A DNA stretch of 64,000 nucleotides, from positions 191,890,001-191,954,000 of the forward strand of contig NW_027362770.1 of the NCBI RefSeq assembly GCF_046119375.1, written 5' to 3'. A model generated the notes under the pieces. It made no database searches. It worked only from the letters and a program-made list of their open reading frames with translations, and was not told the DNA's origin. Positions within the stretch are counted from its first letter, which is position 1. Every line of letters starts with the position of its first letter. This document shows, piece after piece, positions 49,515 to 62,888 of this stretch. Source of the stretch: Phyllobates terribilis (taxonomy: Eukaryota). The translations under genes and the position numbers were made by a program.

Positions 49515-50339
49515 TCTATATATATATAATCGTCTTATCCCGTCTGTCTGTCTGTCCAGGAAATCCTGCCTCGCTCATTGGTCCGCCAGCGGCAAATCAG
49601 CGACGCGGGATTTCAGAAAAAAGATGGCGGCCGTTAGCGGCTCATCTGCGGGACGGAGATGCAGCCGGGAGATGACCGTCGCGAGGCGCTCATCTCCCGG
49701 CCGGTAGCAGCAGAAGGACCTCGACCGCCGGCGCCGCTGACCTCCATGCGGCTAGTGTGTCAAGGGAGGACCGGGGAGCGGCGCTGCGGGTCGGGATACT
49801 TCTGCTGCGAGCAGTCGCTCATCTCCCAGCTTCTCGCAGCGGAAGTAGCCGCACAGGCAGCGGCGCTCCCCGGTCCTCACCAATACGATTCACTGATTGG
49901 TCGCGCTCTCCGGCCGCGACCAATCAGTGATCTTGGCTCAAAAGTTAAACACCGCTGTGCTGATTGGTCGCGGCCGCTGCCCGCGACCAATCACCGATTT
50001 GGGCGCCACATTTAAATAGCGGCCGTGACCAATCAGCGATCTTGCCGACACATTTAAACACTGCTGTGCTGATTGGTCGCGGACACTGCAGGCAACCAAT
50101 CAGCGATCTTACCGACATATTTAAACACTGCTGTGCTGATTGGTCGCGGACGATGCCCGCGACCAATCCGCGATCTTGCCGACAAATTTAAACACTGCTG
50201 TGCTGATTGGTCACGGACGCTGCCCGCGACCAATCAGCGATTTTGGCGCCAAATTTAAACACCGTTTTGCTGATTGCGCCCGGTCTGCCGCATACATATT
50301 CTAGAATACCCGATGCGTTAGAATCGGGCCACCGTCTAG
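49515..50339 (+). mobile_element. Complete non-autonomous Helitron (825 bp)
   Basis: 5' TCTATATATATATAAT; 3' hairpin CCGATGCGTTAGAATCGG, then GCCACCGTCTAG|T. Confidence 0.88.
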
Positions 50340-51024
50340 TTAATATATAAACCCAACCATTAATTAAAATAGGGACACTGGTTAGGAATCTACAATAGAT
50401 TACATCCCCTTTATCTGTTTTCTATCTGGACTTTAGTGGATCATGGTCACCAATAATACATACTAATTCATTAACTGTGATCCAATATACATCCTTAACT
50501 GGATGTAGGTAGAATTGTTATTAAGAAATTAATATTTGATTTAATAATTAATAAAAGTTTTATTTTCACATCCTTTCCCTCTCTTCTCTCTTTTCACAGC
50601 ATATCGCAGATGTCAAGACTCTGACACTGTTTGCTCCATGAGCCTCCTGATGAACTCTATAACGGAGGGGGGCTATCACCCCATATCGTTGCTCCTATTC
50701 GCTTTCAAACTCCTTGAGCAGCATGTTCACGCTGAACTCTCCTCTAATCTCTCATGTAACTCACTATTCGACAACCTACAATCTGGTTTCCGTCCCCACC
50801 ATTCCACTGAAAATGTCCAGACCAAAATTACTAACGATTTACAGCCAAAGCCAACAGACAATTCTATACTCCTCCTTCTTGACCTGTCCTTTGCCTTCAA
50901 TACAGTTGACCACTGCCTCCTACTACATATCCTCTCTTACTCATGCATCTTTACCCTTGGCCTGGGACAACTTTAAGTCCCATGGCTTTCAGTACCATCT
51001 GAATGCTGATGAAACTCAGATCTA

Positions 51025-51561
51025 CAGGTGCATCTCACAAAATTAGAATATCATCAAGCAAACAGTATCACTGTGCTTGATTGGCCCGCAAACTCGCCCG
51101 ACCTTAACGCCATAGATAATCTATAGGGTATTGTCAAGAGAAAGATGAGAGACACCAGACCCAACAATGCAGACGAGCTGAAGGCGGCTATCAAAGCCAC
51201 CTGGGCTTCCATAACACCTCAGCAGCCACAGGCTGATCGCCTCCATGCCACATGGCCGCATTGATGCAGTAATTGATGCAAAAGGAGCACCGGCCAAATA
51301 TTGTGCATTTACTGAACATACATTTCAGTAGGACAACATTTCGGATTTTAAAATCATTTTTCAAGCATTCTAATTTACTGAGAATGATTTTTCTGTTTTC
51401 ATTGGCTGTAAGCCATAATCATCAACATTAACAGAAATAACCACTTGAAATAGATCCCTCTGTTTGTAATAAATCTATATAATATGAGTTTCACTTTTTG
51501 TATTGAAGAACTGAAATAAATTAACTTTTTGATGATATTCACATTTTACGAGATGCGCCTG
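51025..51561 (+). mobile_element. Internally deleted Tc1-like element
   Basis: TA-CAGGTGCATCTC..GAGATGCGCCTG-TA; transposase remnant (DWPANSPDLNAIDNL); splits the L2 codons at TA. Confidence 0.85.
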
Positions 51562-52030
51562 TACCTCTCTGCTGTCCAGAATCCCGGAGTATCAGCCATA
51601 TCCTCCTTTTTCTCCTCTCGCTTCTTCAAGCTCAATGTGGACAAATCTGTACTCAATCTTTCCTCCGTCTCACGTATCCACTCTACCCTATCACAATAAA
51701 TGACATCATATATTCCCCTGTGCCGGAAATTCACTGCCTTGGAGTACCCTTGACTCTGCTCAGTCCTTCAAAACCCACATACAAACTTACCACCTCCAGC
51801 TCAAAAATATTTCCAGAATCCGTCCTTTCCTCAACCCTCAATCTACTAAAATGCTTGTGCATGCCCCCATCATCTCCCGCCTCGACTACTGCAACATCTT
51901 CCTCTGTGGCCTACCTGCGAACACTCTCGCACCTCTCTAGTCCGTACTTAACTCTGCTGCCTCACTAGTTCATCTCGCTCATCCCCCCTTTACAAATCCC
52001 TTCATTGGCTCCCAATTCATCGATCTAAAA

Positions 52031-53632
52031 CAGGGGTCTCAAACTCGGCTGGGTATATGGGCCGCACATGGAAAAAATTTGAATTTGGGGGGCCGCATTC
52101 TTTGTTCAATGTGACATTTTTAGTGATACCATTTTTTTTTGTATACACCTTTTGAACATTTTTTCCGTGTTTATTTTTTTATGGCTTGGGTCGTTATGGA
52201 TGTGGCGATAATAAGCGTGCACTTTTTTGTGTTTACTTTAGTTTACATATAAAACAGCATTTTTAGTGCCCAATATTTTTTCATGCTTTATTTTTATTTT
52301 TTGGATTTTTACAATTTTGTTTCCCCCAATTGGCCACATTCAGTAATATTGTCTTACAATTAGCATCATATAGTAATAATGGCAAACATCTTGTAGTAAT
52401 GTTCCCCATCCAAGTCCCCATCTTGTACTAATGTGCCCCATCCAGGTCCCCATCCTGTGGCTATGTGCCCCATCCAGGTCCCCTCTTGTGGCTATGTGCC
52501 CCATCCAGGACCCCATCCTGTGGCTATGTTCCCCATCCAGGTCCCCATCTTGTGGCTATGTGCCCCATCCAGGTCCCCATCTTGAGGCTATGTGCCCCAT
52601 CCAAGTCCCCTCTTGTGGCTATGTTCCCCATCCAGGTCCCCATCTTGTGGCTATGTGCCCCATCCAGGTCCCCATCTTGAGGCTATGTGCCCCATCCAGG
52701 ACCCCATCCTGTGGCTATGTGCCCCATCCAGGTCCCCTCTTGTGGCTATGTGCCCCATCCAGGTCCCCTCTTGTGGCTATGTGCCCCATCCAGGACCCCA
52801 TCCTGTGGCTATGTTCCCCATCCAGGTCCCCATCTTGTGGCTATGTGCCCCATCCAGGTCCCCATCTTGGGGCTATGTGCCCCATCCAGGTCCCCATCTT
52901 GTGGCTATGTGCCCCATCCAAGTCCCCTCTTGTGGCTATGTGCCCCATCCAGGTCCCCTCTTGTGGCTATGTTCCCCATCCAGGTCCCCATCCTGTGGCT
53001 ATGTGCCCCATCCAGGTCCCCATCCTGTGGCTATGTGCCCCATCCAGGTCCCCTCTTGTGGCTATGTGCCCCATCCAGGTCCCCATCTTGTGGCTATGTG
53101 CCCCATCCAGGTGCCCTCTTGTGGCTATGTGCCCCATCCTGGTCCCCTCTTGTGGCTCTGTGCCCCCTGTGCTGTTCTTCACACACAAAAAAAAAAAAAA
53201 ATAGATGATTCTCACCTGTCCTCCGTTCCCTCGGCGTCCTTCCTGCAGATGTGGCCCGCAGGCACCACAGAGTCAGACCCCTTGACGATCCCGACCTGGT
53301 CCAGGAGGAGCCGCCGACAGCAGCGCTGCATTACCGCACAGAGACTGTCTCCCAGCACTGCATTTCCAATGCCAGCCGCTGGCCAATCAGAGGCCAGCAG
53401 CTGACATCTGCATATGGCAATGACGTCATACTCGCTGCGCCGACACGCAGATATCAGCTGCTGGCCTCTGATTGGCCGGCGGCTGGCATTGGAAATCAGT
53501 GCTGGGAAACAGTCTCTGTGCGGCAATGCAGCGCTGCTGTCGGCGGCTCCTCCTGGACCTGGTCGGGATCAAGGGGTCTGTGCCTGCGGGCCGCATAAAG
53601 CAGCCTCAGGGGCCGCGTGTTTGAGACCCCTG
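52031..53632. mobile_element. Non-autonomous hAT-Charlie-type element with internal minisatellite
   Basis: CAGGGGTCTCAAAC / GTTTGAGACCCCTG termini; 8-bp duplication ATCTAAAA (52023-52030 and 53633-53640). Confidence 0.93.
52405..53170. repeat. 31-32-bp minisatellite
   Basis: GTGGCTATGTGCCCCATCCAGGTCCCC(A)TC(C/T)T, about 24 copies. Confidence 0.95.
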
Positions 53633-54104
53633 ATCTAAAACAAAGCCATCCATAACCTTTCTCCTCCATACATCTCCAAAATAATCTACCGATATCTTCA
53701 GTCTCCTCTCCTCCACACTTATTTGTTCCTCACCCAATTGCCGCAAAGACTTCTCCCGATTATCCCCCTTCCTCTGGAATTCTTTGCTCCAACATGTCCG
53801 ATTATCCACATTCGGATCCTTCAAACGTAACATGAAAACCCATCTCTACAAGAAATTTTACAACCTGCAATGACCCCGCTGCCACTGCAATCCCCCCACC
53901 TCCTCTCCAACCTACAGTCTCCTTCCCCATCATCCTGTAGAATATAAGCCTACAAAGGCAGGGTCCTCTTCTCTCTGTTCCAATCTATCATTGTTAGTTT
54001 ACATTCTGTAAGTAACCCCTCCTCATGTACAGTACAACACTATAGAATTAACGGTGCTATATAAATAATCTCTGCTATAGAACAGATAATTCCTGAGATC
54101 AGCG

Positions 54105-54149
54105 GCGCCAGCTCTTGTGGTGACGGTGTGGGTGGCTCTTAGAAGAGCC
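54105..54149 (-). terminator. Histone 3' stem-loop and histone downstream element (H2A)
   Basis: Minus strand AAA-GGCTCT-TCTA-AGAGCC-ACCCA..ACAAGAGCTG. Confidence 0.92.
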
Positions 54150-54184
54150 TTTGGGTTGTGTGGATGATACAGGATCAGCGGCGC

Positions 54185-54862
<678 letters not shown>

Positions 54863-54904
54863 GCCGCTCTGGGAGGAGCAGGATCATTATTCTCTCTCTA
54901 GTGA

Positions 54905-55306
<402 letters not shown>

Positions 55307-55337
55307 TCTGCTCCAAGCTCTGTACCCACAACCCAAA

Positions 55338-55380
55338 GGCTCTTCTAAGAGCCACCCACCTCGTCTACATCAGAGCTGTG
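55338..55380 (+). terminator. Histone 3' stem-loop and histone downstream element (H2B copy 2)
   Basis: GGCTCT-TCTA-AGAGCC-ACCCA..CAGAGCTGT. Confidence 0.92.
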
Positions 55381-55464
55381 GCTGCTTGGGTGTCCTGCAA
55401 GAAATTCCGTGCAGAAACGTATTGCAAAAAATATAGTTGACCACCAGGATGGATCCATGAAAGA

Positions 55465-55720
55465 GAAGTTATGCCTAACCTACATGTTAGACTTCTGAGA
55501 AGGTAAGTGCTATTATGGTTGTTGGTCATGCGTCCAATGTGATATATCTGGACTTTGCAAAGGCGTCTGACGCTGAACCACACAACAGCCAGAAGCCGGG
55601 ACTCGGTCCAGTATGCAGATGGGTGAAGAACTGGTTAAGGGACAGGAAACATGTTTTAAATGGTAGATTTTCTAAGTATGATATTGCCAGAAGTGGGGAC
55701 CTCGGATCTGTACTGGGAGC
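55465..55720 (+). mobile_element. Old CR1 RT fragment
   Basis: VIYLDFAKASDAEPH..WVKNWLRDRK..GSVLG. Confidence 0.65.
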
Positions 55721-56339
55721 AGATGTGGGCGAAGCACAGAACTGTTGGGGATTTTGAATTTCCCGCCCTTTTTACTGTCCTTTTTCCACTTTCTATCATG
55801 AGGATGTTGGTCACAAATGGTTCTGATAGTGAAGTATACCCTACATATCCAGCTGTATACCCCCTTATAATGCTATATACCATCCATATAATGTTGTATA
55901 CCCTTTATATAGTGCTATAGATCCTCCATATACTGCTGTAAATCATGTGGTGCTGTATACTCCCCATATAGTGCTCCGTATGCCCCCATATATACCAGAT
56001 ATTCAGATCCCACAGCCCCTACATTGGAGACCACCCTATTGATCATTTACAGTCCCCACAAACCCCTGCACCATAAATGAAGTGTTTCAGGAACTCATCC
56101 CTTCTCCTGAAACACCCTGACCCCACAATAAAGAGGTCAGATAAGGCAGATCACTGGACCACCACCTTGTTCTGCTGCTCCTCTTTATAAAGTGTGAATT
56201 CTGTCTGATGCAAAGCTTTTACCTCTACATCAGGTGATTCATTTAATAATCTGTTAGGTGGGGACCACAAGGATCTGGACTGGGAGCAGTAGGGGCCAAA
56301 AAGAGGTTTGGAATAATTATCTTTAATCTCTTCTTTAAT

Positions 56340-56570
56340 GACCTTGTGAAGGAGAGTAAAGTTCCAGTCTACAGAAAAGGACTTGGGAGTTCTGGTTACA
56401 AGTTGAGCAATCAATATCAGGCAGCAGCAACAAAAGCAAATAAGATTTGAGGATGTATAAAGAGATCATTTGATCCCAATGTATTTGTGGCCTCTAGATA
56501 TTTATAGAGGGGTAGCCTTTATAATATGGGATCCAGTTTGGGGCTCCACGTCTTAAAAGTATTAAAGGTG
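56340..56570 (+). mobile_element. Old CR1 3' fragment
   Basis: Degenerate EKDLGVLV..QAAATKANKI..CIKR..QFWAP-like peptide across frames. Confidence 0.5.
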
Positions 56571-57492
56571 TCACCTAGATTAACATTGGCATGTTATGAA
56601 GGACTCCTGCTGGTCACCTCTCACTTAATGAACCCATTCTCTGAGCACTGGGTCCTAGTGCCCTCTGCCTCCAGTGTTCTCCTGGTAATGGGGGAGGATG
56701 GGCTGTTAACTCTTTCAGTGCTCAGCTGCATTTTCATGTTTCTCAATGTTCAGATCTGCACTTCCTCTGATGTTACACACCCTTTGCTCCCCAGACCAGT
56801 GGAGAAACCTGATCAATGAACTTTCAAAGACTGATCTATTTCTTGGTCTGAATCTCACATTGTTATTAATGGAGAAGCCAATCACATGTTTTTCACAGCA
56901 GGATCGGTTGCTGAGATAAATGAGCAAAGGACAAGATGGTGGGTATAAAGCACCATATAGATTTATACAGCACTATATGGGGGTTTATGGCACTACATGG
57001 ATGAATACAGTAATTTTTATTTATATAGCGCCAACATATTCCACAGCATTTTACATTTTAGAGGGGACTTGTACAGACAATAAAACACATTACAGAATAA
57101 CCTGTATAAACCTATAAGAGAAATGGTGCACCCCAAAAATGCAACTCAGTGCTAGAGAATGAATTAAAAGATATATATTTTATTTAAGTATAGTTAAAAA
57201 CCAAAATCACTACAAAAATATAAAAGAAAGATCAATGGGTATGAGGTGAGAGATACATGAAAGAAAGATCACAGAGGGGCATAGGGGCTCTATATATAAG
57301 GGTGCATAAGGGTCCTTTGTATTAATAGATGCCAAAACGGCAGTATTCATGGTTTAAGCCACAAACATGCATGGACTCATAGGACAGTGCCATGCGCACA
57401 ATTCAAATAGCAACCTAGTAAACAGTATACACATATATGTGCGCTCGCCACTTAACATGAGTCAGGCTTACCCATATGTATCCCGCTGTGAT

Positions 57493-57538
57493 CGCGCCCC
57501 GACGTGCGTTTCACGTGGTAGGCTTCCTCGGGGGGCGG
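57493..57538 (-). ncRNA. Degenerate minimal hammerhead-like motif
   Basis: Minus strand CCCC-CCGAGGA-AGCCTACCACGT-GAAAC-GCAC-GTC-GGGG; core deviates from CUGANGA. Confidence 0.45.
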
Positions 57539-58563
57539 TGTGGTATGTATGAGGTCTCATGTCCATTTATATCCCCATCCTCAATCAAAATGTCCATAAC
57601 AGCCATTGGTGACGGCGCACGCGAGCGAAATCCCGGCGTCCATAGGTCACTTCCAGCCATCGCGATGATGGCGCGGGTCAGGAAAGTGTTTCCTGTGATG
57701 TCATTTCCCGCGTCGCATCGTATGGATGCCTTCGGTGATGATGGTGCTGCAGGGACCCACAGCACGTGCGCACATCCAGGTGGCCATTTTCCTTATGGGC
57801 AAAAATGAAGGGCAGAACTCACCACTCTCTCGTCTTAAATCATTGTCCAATTAGTGGGTTGTGGAGAGTATTGGGACCGGGGGACCAAGAGAGGAGCATA
57901 GAGAGACAACAAACGGGACAGTCACAATCCGTATGGGAACAAGTAAATCTCATTAAATGGGACATCACTCAAATGCAATATGCGTCGGCATATGTGGTCC
58001 CAAGGAAGACAATCCTATATTTCTTCTGCGTTCCCAAATCTAGGACTGTGTTTATCTCCATATGCGCTCCATTTCTCACAGGATCCCATAATGGCTTATA
58101 GAGTTGAGGGTCACGTCCATCAATAGGTAGGGTATATAAATAGAGACATCAAAGATAATCTTGTATCCAACTATGGAATGTGAAAAGAGTATATAAAAAT
58201 CAGTTAAAAGAACAACATACAAATTTAAAACCATTTGGAGAGAGAGGGACAAAAACACGGATTAGCTCTTATAGAAAAGGTGAGAACGATAGTTTTTCAT
58301 TTAGCCCAGAGGGGGACATGGTGTCCAGAGCGAAAATCCAACGACAAAAAAAAAAATATATATATATCTTTTAATTCATTCTCTAGCACCGAGTTGCATT
58401 TTTGGGGTGCACCATTTCTCTTATAGGTTTATATACTTTATGATGTGGTAAAATCCCCTCTTTCCCCATGTATGGGATAACATGTGAGTTAATCACCCGT
58501 TGCGTAGGTATTATGCATATATTGACTATACTGTGTATTTTCACAGCTATTCAACCTGAACGC

Positions 58564-61500
58564 ATGGACTATAAGGCACGTGAGAAAACGTGGCTTACCA
58601 AGCTAGATGAGGTATTTGGTGAGGAATCATGTGTGGTTTTAAAAACTGGAGAGACTGAGGACTTGATTACTAAGTTAAAACAACTTTATAATAAGAAAAC
58701 ATGGATATGGTGGAACAAAGCTTTCCTAGAGAGATATATTAAGGGACTGATTCCCCGAGGCCTTCGCGTGCAGGTTTTTCCTTCATTTACAATTGAAGAT
58801 GAGGGGTTTAAGAAGGAGTGGGAAAACCTATCTAACTGCTCCAGGGGGTACATGGAATTATGAATCAAATCCAATATGACCACCCTGGAAATGATTGAAA
58901 GTGAAATCAACTCAATCCAGGTGACTTTGACAGAAAAACTTGACTCTGAAGCATTGTTGAAGGTTAATAAAGATCAGGAGGGGGACTTTGTGATATGGGA
59001 AAAAGAGATTGTGAATTCTAAGTCTAAAAAATATCAAAGGGATCTCTTGGATTACGCTGAGAACCATGTTTATAGATGGAGGAACAAACAGAGGTCGAAC
59101 AATGCGACCCCCAGACCCCGGACACACTCTTTCTCATCCTTATCCTCAATGGATGAGGATCCCTCTACAAGCGGTCAGTTTGGCAATACTTATAAAGAGC
59201 GGATTGGTCAGGGAAGGCAAGGATCTAATAAGGGCAAAAGCCAGAATAAACGCAAACTAACACCACCCCAGTCCAAGGAAAAGAAGCCCAAACAAAGCAC
59301 TAGTTTAGAGGTAATCAACCTTTCTGAACACGTATTAACCGATGCACAACGGGAAGTACTTAGCTTAGGTCTTACTTTTGTCCCTGATAACAACTTTGAT
59401 TCTTTTTTAGCAATAAAAGACTTACAACTCTTTCTAAGAAAAGTAACTTTACGAAAACTTCATACTCGCCCGGTGAGTGGACAGGACCTGAATACCTTAC
59501 AAGAGGAGGAAGCGTTAGCGGCATTGGAGGAGTTGGCACAAGAGAGTATCCCTGCTGCTACAGGTGCCTTCCCGTCCTCGGTGTTGCCTAGATCGACCAC
59601 GTCCCCCCCCCCTTCTCCCTGTGCCCCCAGATAGAAATATTTAACAAACTTGTTAATGAGGATTTTAAAAGGATTCCCAATTGGAGGAGAAATGATAATT
59701 TGACGGGGGTCCAACATAAAGCCCTCAAGGAATTGAGGGGCATGAAGGATGTGGTCATAAAACCAGCAGATAAGGGGGGCAATGTGGTGGTCTGGCCGGC
59801 TCGGAGGTACGAGAAGGAGGCCTTTAGACAGCTGAGGGACCGTGAGGCATATACCCCTCTTACCCATAATCCCTTGAGTGACTTCTCTCAAACTCTAATT
59901 GATATTCTGGAATGAGCATTTGCACAGGGGATCATCCCCAAAAAAATATTTGATGGGTTGGTGGTACAGTGTCCGGTAGACCCTACATTCTATTTACTAC
60001 CCAAAGTACATGAGAATGCTCTCGAACCCCTGGGACGTCCGATTGTCTCTGGCATAGGAGGGCTTTGTGACCCTGTGTGCAAATTTATTGAACACTACTT
60101 ACATCCTTTGGTCGAAAACTTGCCCTCCTATGTCAGGGACACTACGGACGTCCTTAGAAAAATCGATGGTCTGTACTTGGATTCAGATATGACCCTGGTT
60201 ACTGCGGATGTCGAATCTCTGTACACCAGCATTGATCATTCGGATGGATTGGAGGCAGTAGAATTCTTCCTTAGTACGAGTAACCTAGACTCTGCACTAT
60301 GGCACCTTGTTTTGGAACTCCTACAATTTATTTTAACTCATAATTTTTTTACATTCAAAGACCGCTTCTTCTTACAGAGACGAGGCACTGCGATGGGGGC
60401 GGCGTGTGCGCCGTCGTATGCCAACCTCTTTCTGGGATATTGGGAGAGGGAGGTTGTCATTGACGGCGCGGGTGCCTCCTCCCATGCGCAGTGCTGGTAC
60501 AGATATATAGACGATCTATTTATCATTTGGCAGGGGTCGGAGCCTGGGCTTCATGACTTCATCTGTGAACTCAATAAGAACAAAAGAAACATCAAACTCA
60601 CTCACAAACACTCGAGGAAAGAGATTGACTTCTTGGATGTGAAAACAAGAGTGCAAAATAATGGTGTGCTCCAGACGGATGTGTACCGGAAGGAAACATC
60701 AGTAAATTCCCTCCTCCATGCAACATCGGCACATACTGTACATACAATCCGTTCAGTACCAACAGGTCAATTTCTTAGAGTGAAGCGTATCTGCTCCTCA
60801 GAGGAGATCTTTGAGGCTCAGGCTCGGGACCTGTCAAACCGATTCTTTGAACGCGGATACAGTAGGAGAGCTGTAAAACAGGGATACCATTGTGCCAAAA
60901 AAACACCTCGAGACTTGTTATTGGTGAATAAAAGTAAAAACTCCAAGAAAGATCCCCCTTTGAGATTTATCTCAACTTTCAACAATCAATGGCCGAGAAT
61001 GCGACAAATATTACAAAAACACTGGCCGATTCTCACTACAGAACCTACTTTGAGGAGAATCCTTCCTGACCATCCATTACTTACCGCAAGGAAAAGTCGG
61101 AATTTGAGAGACATCTTAGTAAGGAGCCACTATGTGGCAAATCCTCCGAACCCGTTCGGTGCTGGTGTGCAGAGATGGGGCTGTTTTCCATGTGGATCCT
61201 GCATGGCATGCAGAAGCATCACTAGAGCTGCCTGTTTTTCATCTTCTGATGGGGGTAGGGACTATCGGATCACTCATTACATCTCTTGTAGTACGAGTTA
61301 TGTTATTTATCGTGCCACTTGTACTTGCAACCTCCATTATGTAGGACTCACGTCCCGACAGTTCCACATACGAGTGAGGGAGCACATCAGAGACATTAAA
61401 GCCGCGAGCACGGCTGAGGATGTCTCTGTATTAAAAACCATCCCAAAACACTTTAGGTTACACCATAAGTGCAATACTGATGAAATTAAATTTATTGGAA

Positions 61501-61640
61501 TAGGCAGAATATTATGTGGTATCAGGGGAGGTGACAGAAAGAAAATCTTAGCTCAAAGAGAATGTCGTTGGATTTTCGCTCTGGACACCATGTCCCCCTC
61601 TGGGCTAAATGAAAAACTATCGTTCTCACCTTTTCTATAA
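58564..61640 (+). pseudogene. Penelope-like element polyprotein (N-terminal region, RT, Cys-rich linker, GIY-YIG); C-terminal 560 aa open
   Basis: IKPADKGGNVVV, FYLLPKVH, GRPIVSG, DVESLYTSI, GTAMGAACAPSYANLF, WYRYIDD, CFPCGSCMAC, YVIYRATC..YVGLTSR..RVREH. Stops and frameshifts at 58863, 59634 and 59915. Confidence 0.92.
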
Positions 61641-62006
61641 GAGAAACATAACATAACCTTCTTTTGAACCTGCTTGGACATCAATGTATAAATAAACCTT
61701 TTCTCTTTCATATGTGTATGAGATAGAGTGAACAGGGATATGGCTCTGAATCCCTATATGAAAATCTACTTATATATTCTCCCTGTGAGTTGAGCTTTTT
61801 TGTCCCCCTCCCGTTCCCTTCTTCCTTTTCCCCTCCCCCCCTCCTCTCCATCTTCACCCCCCCCTTTTCACCACTTATTCGTTTCTAATGTACTGATTAT
61901 GCCCTCTTATCCCATGCTATCCAAGATCGTTTATAAACCCCTGTACATATCCTCACTCTTTGCATTTTTATCCTCCCACTGGAGGTTGTGTGGCTTTAAG
62001 CTTATG

Positions 62007-62009
<3 letters not shown>

Positions 62010-62079
<70 letters not shown>
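62010..62079. repeat. (TA)n microsatellite
   Basis: About 35 TA units. Confidence 0.98.
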
Positions 62080-62082
<3 letters not shown>

Positions 62083-62843
62083 GGTGTGTCTTATAGATCT
62101 TATGTATACGAGGCGTCCCCCCCCCCCCCTTTTTTTTTTGTCATTTGCACATTCCCTCTTTAGGGGCATTGTGCAGGCATTATGACATAGTGGGGATGCT
62201 CTTTGTGGTCGGTCATTGTGCTATGCTTGCTGAGACCACTGATTTTGGGTCTGTGAGATGGCTATGGGGCGGTGGAGTGCAGGCTTGCGTTCCACGAAAC
62301 CGGAAATGACGGCGGTGGAGCGCAGGCTTGCATTCCAAGAAACTGGAAGTGACGCCGCGGTGTGGATCACATGACCGGAAGTGACATACGTGGAGCGCAA
62401 ACAGCGTTCCACGGCGTGGGAATGGAGCATACTGCATGGGAAGTGTTAGATTGTCTCGTTTTCAGGGGGTCTTATAATGGATTTTTCTATGTGGGGGTCT
62501 TAGATGTGTCTCCTCGGGGGGATCCTGCCTTGGGGGGTAGGGGATCGCTGTCTGCCCTTTATGGGGCGTTTGTGGATCGCTGGGGCATGTATGTGTGGGT
62601 GGGTTTAGCTCCTGCAGGGGGCATTTGCATATACGAGCTTTAATTGGCTAAAGTTCGCTGCTATTTACGGTGTTATCCAATGAGACCAGATGTGTCTCAA
62701 GGTACACACATGGGAATTATTTGGAATAATTGTACCTGAACATACTTAAGGCAATCAACCTGTGGCCATTTTGCCACTGCCTTTTCTATATACCTGCATG
62801 GAGGGTTACCATACCCTAGACCATTGATAATAATTTTTCTGTT

Positions 62844-62888
62844 ACTCCCCTGATGAATCACTTGATGGTGAGGAAACGCGTTGGGAAA
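62844..62888 (+). ncRNA. Minimal type I hammerhead ribozyme
   Basis: TCCC-CTGATGA-A-TCAC-TTGATG-GTGA-G-GAA-ACGCGT-T-GGGA: stem I TCCC/GGGA, stem II TCAC/GTGA, palindromic stem III. Confidence 0.75.

Larger units (their letters stand above)
50580..54066 (+). mobile_element. L2 LINE relic with two nested DNA transposons
   Basis: YHPISLL..LQSGFRPHHSTE..LLLLDLS.AFNTVDH; YHLNADETQIY|LS; 3' end CGGTGCTATATAAATAA. Confidence 0.8.

Noticed and set aside
52431-53404. Pro/Cys-rich ORFs of 170-270 aa
   Set aside because: Translations of a 31-32-bp minisatellite inside a hAT MITE; open in several frames.
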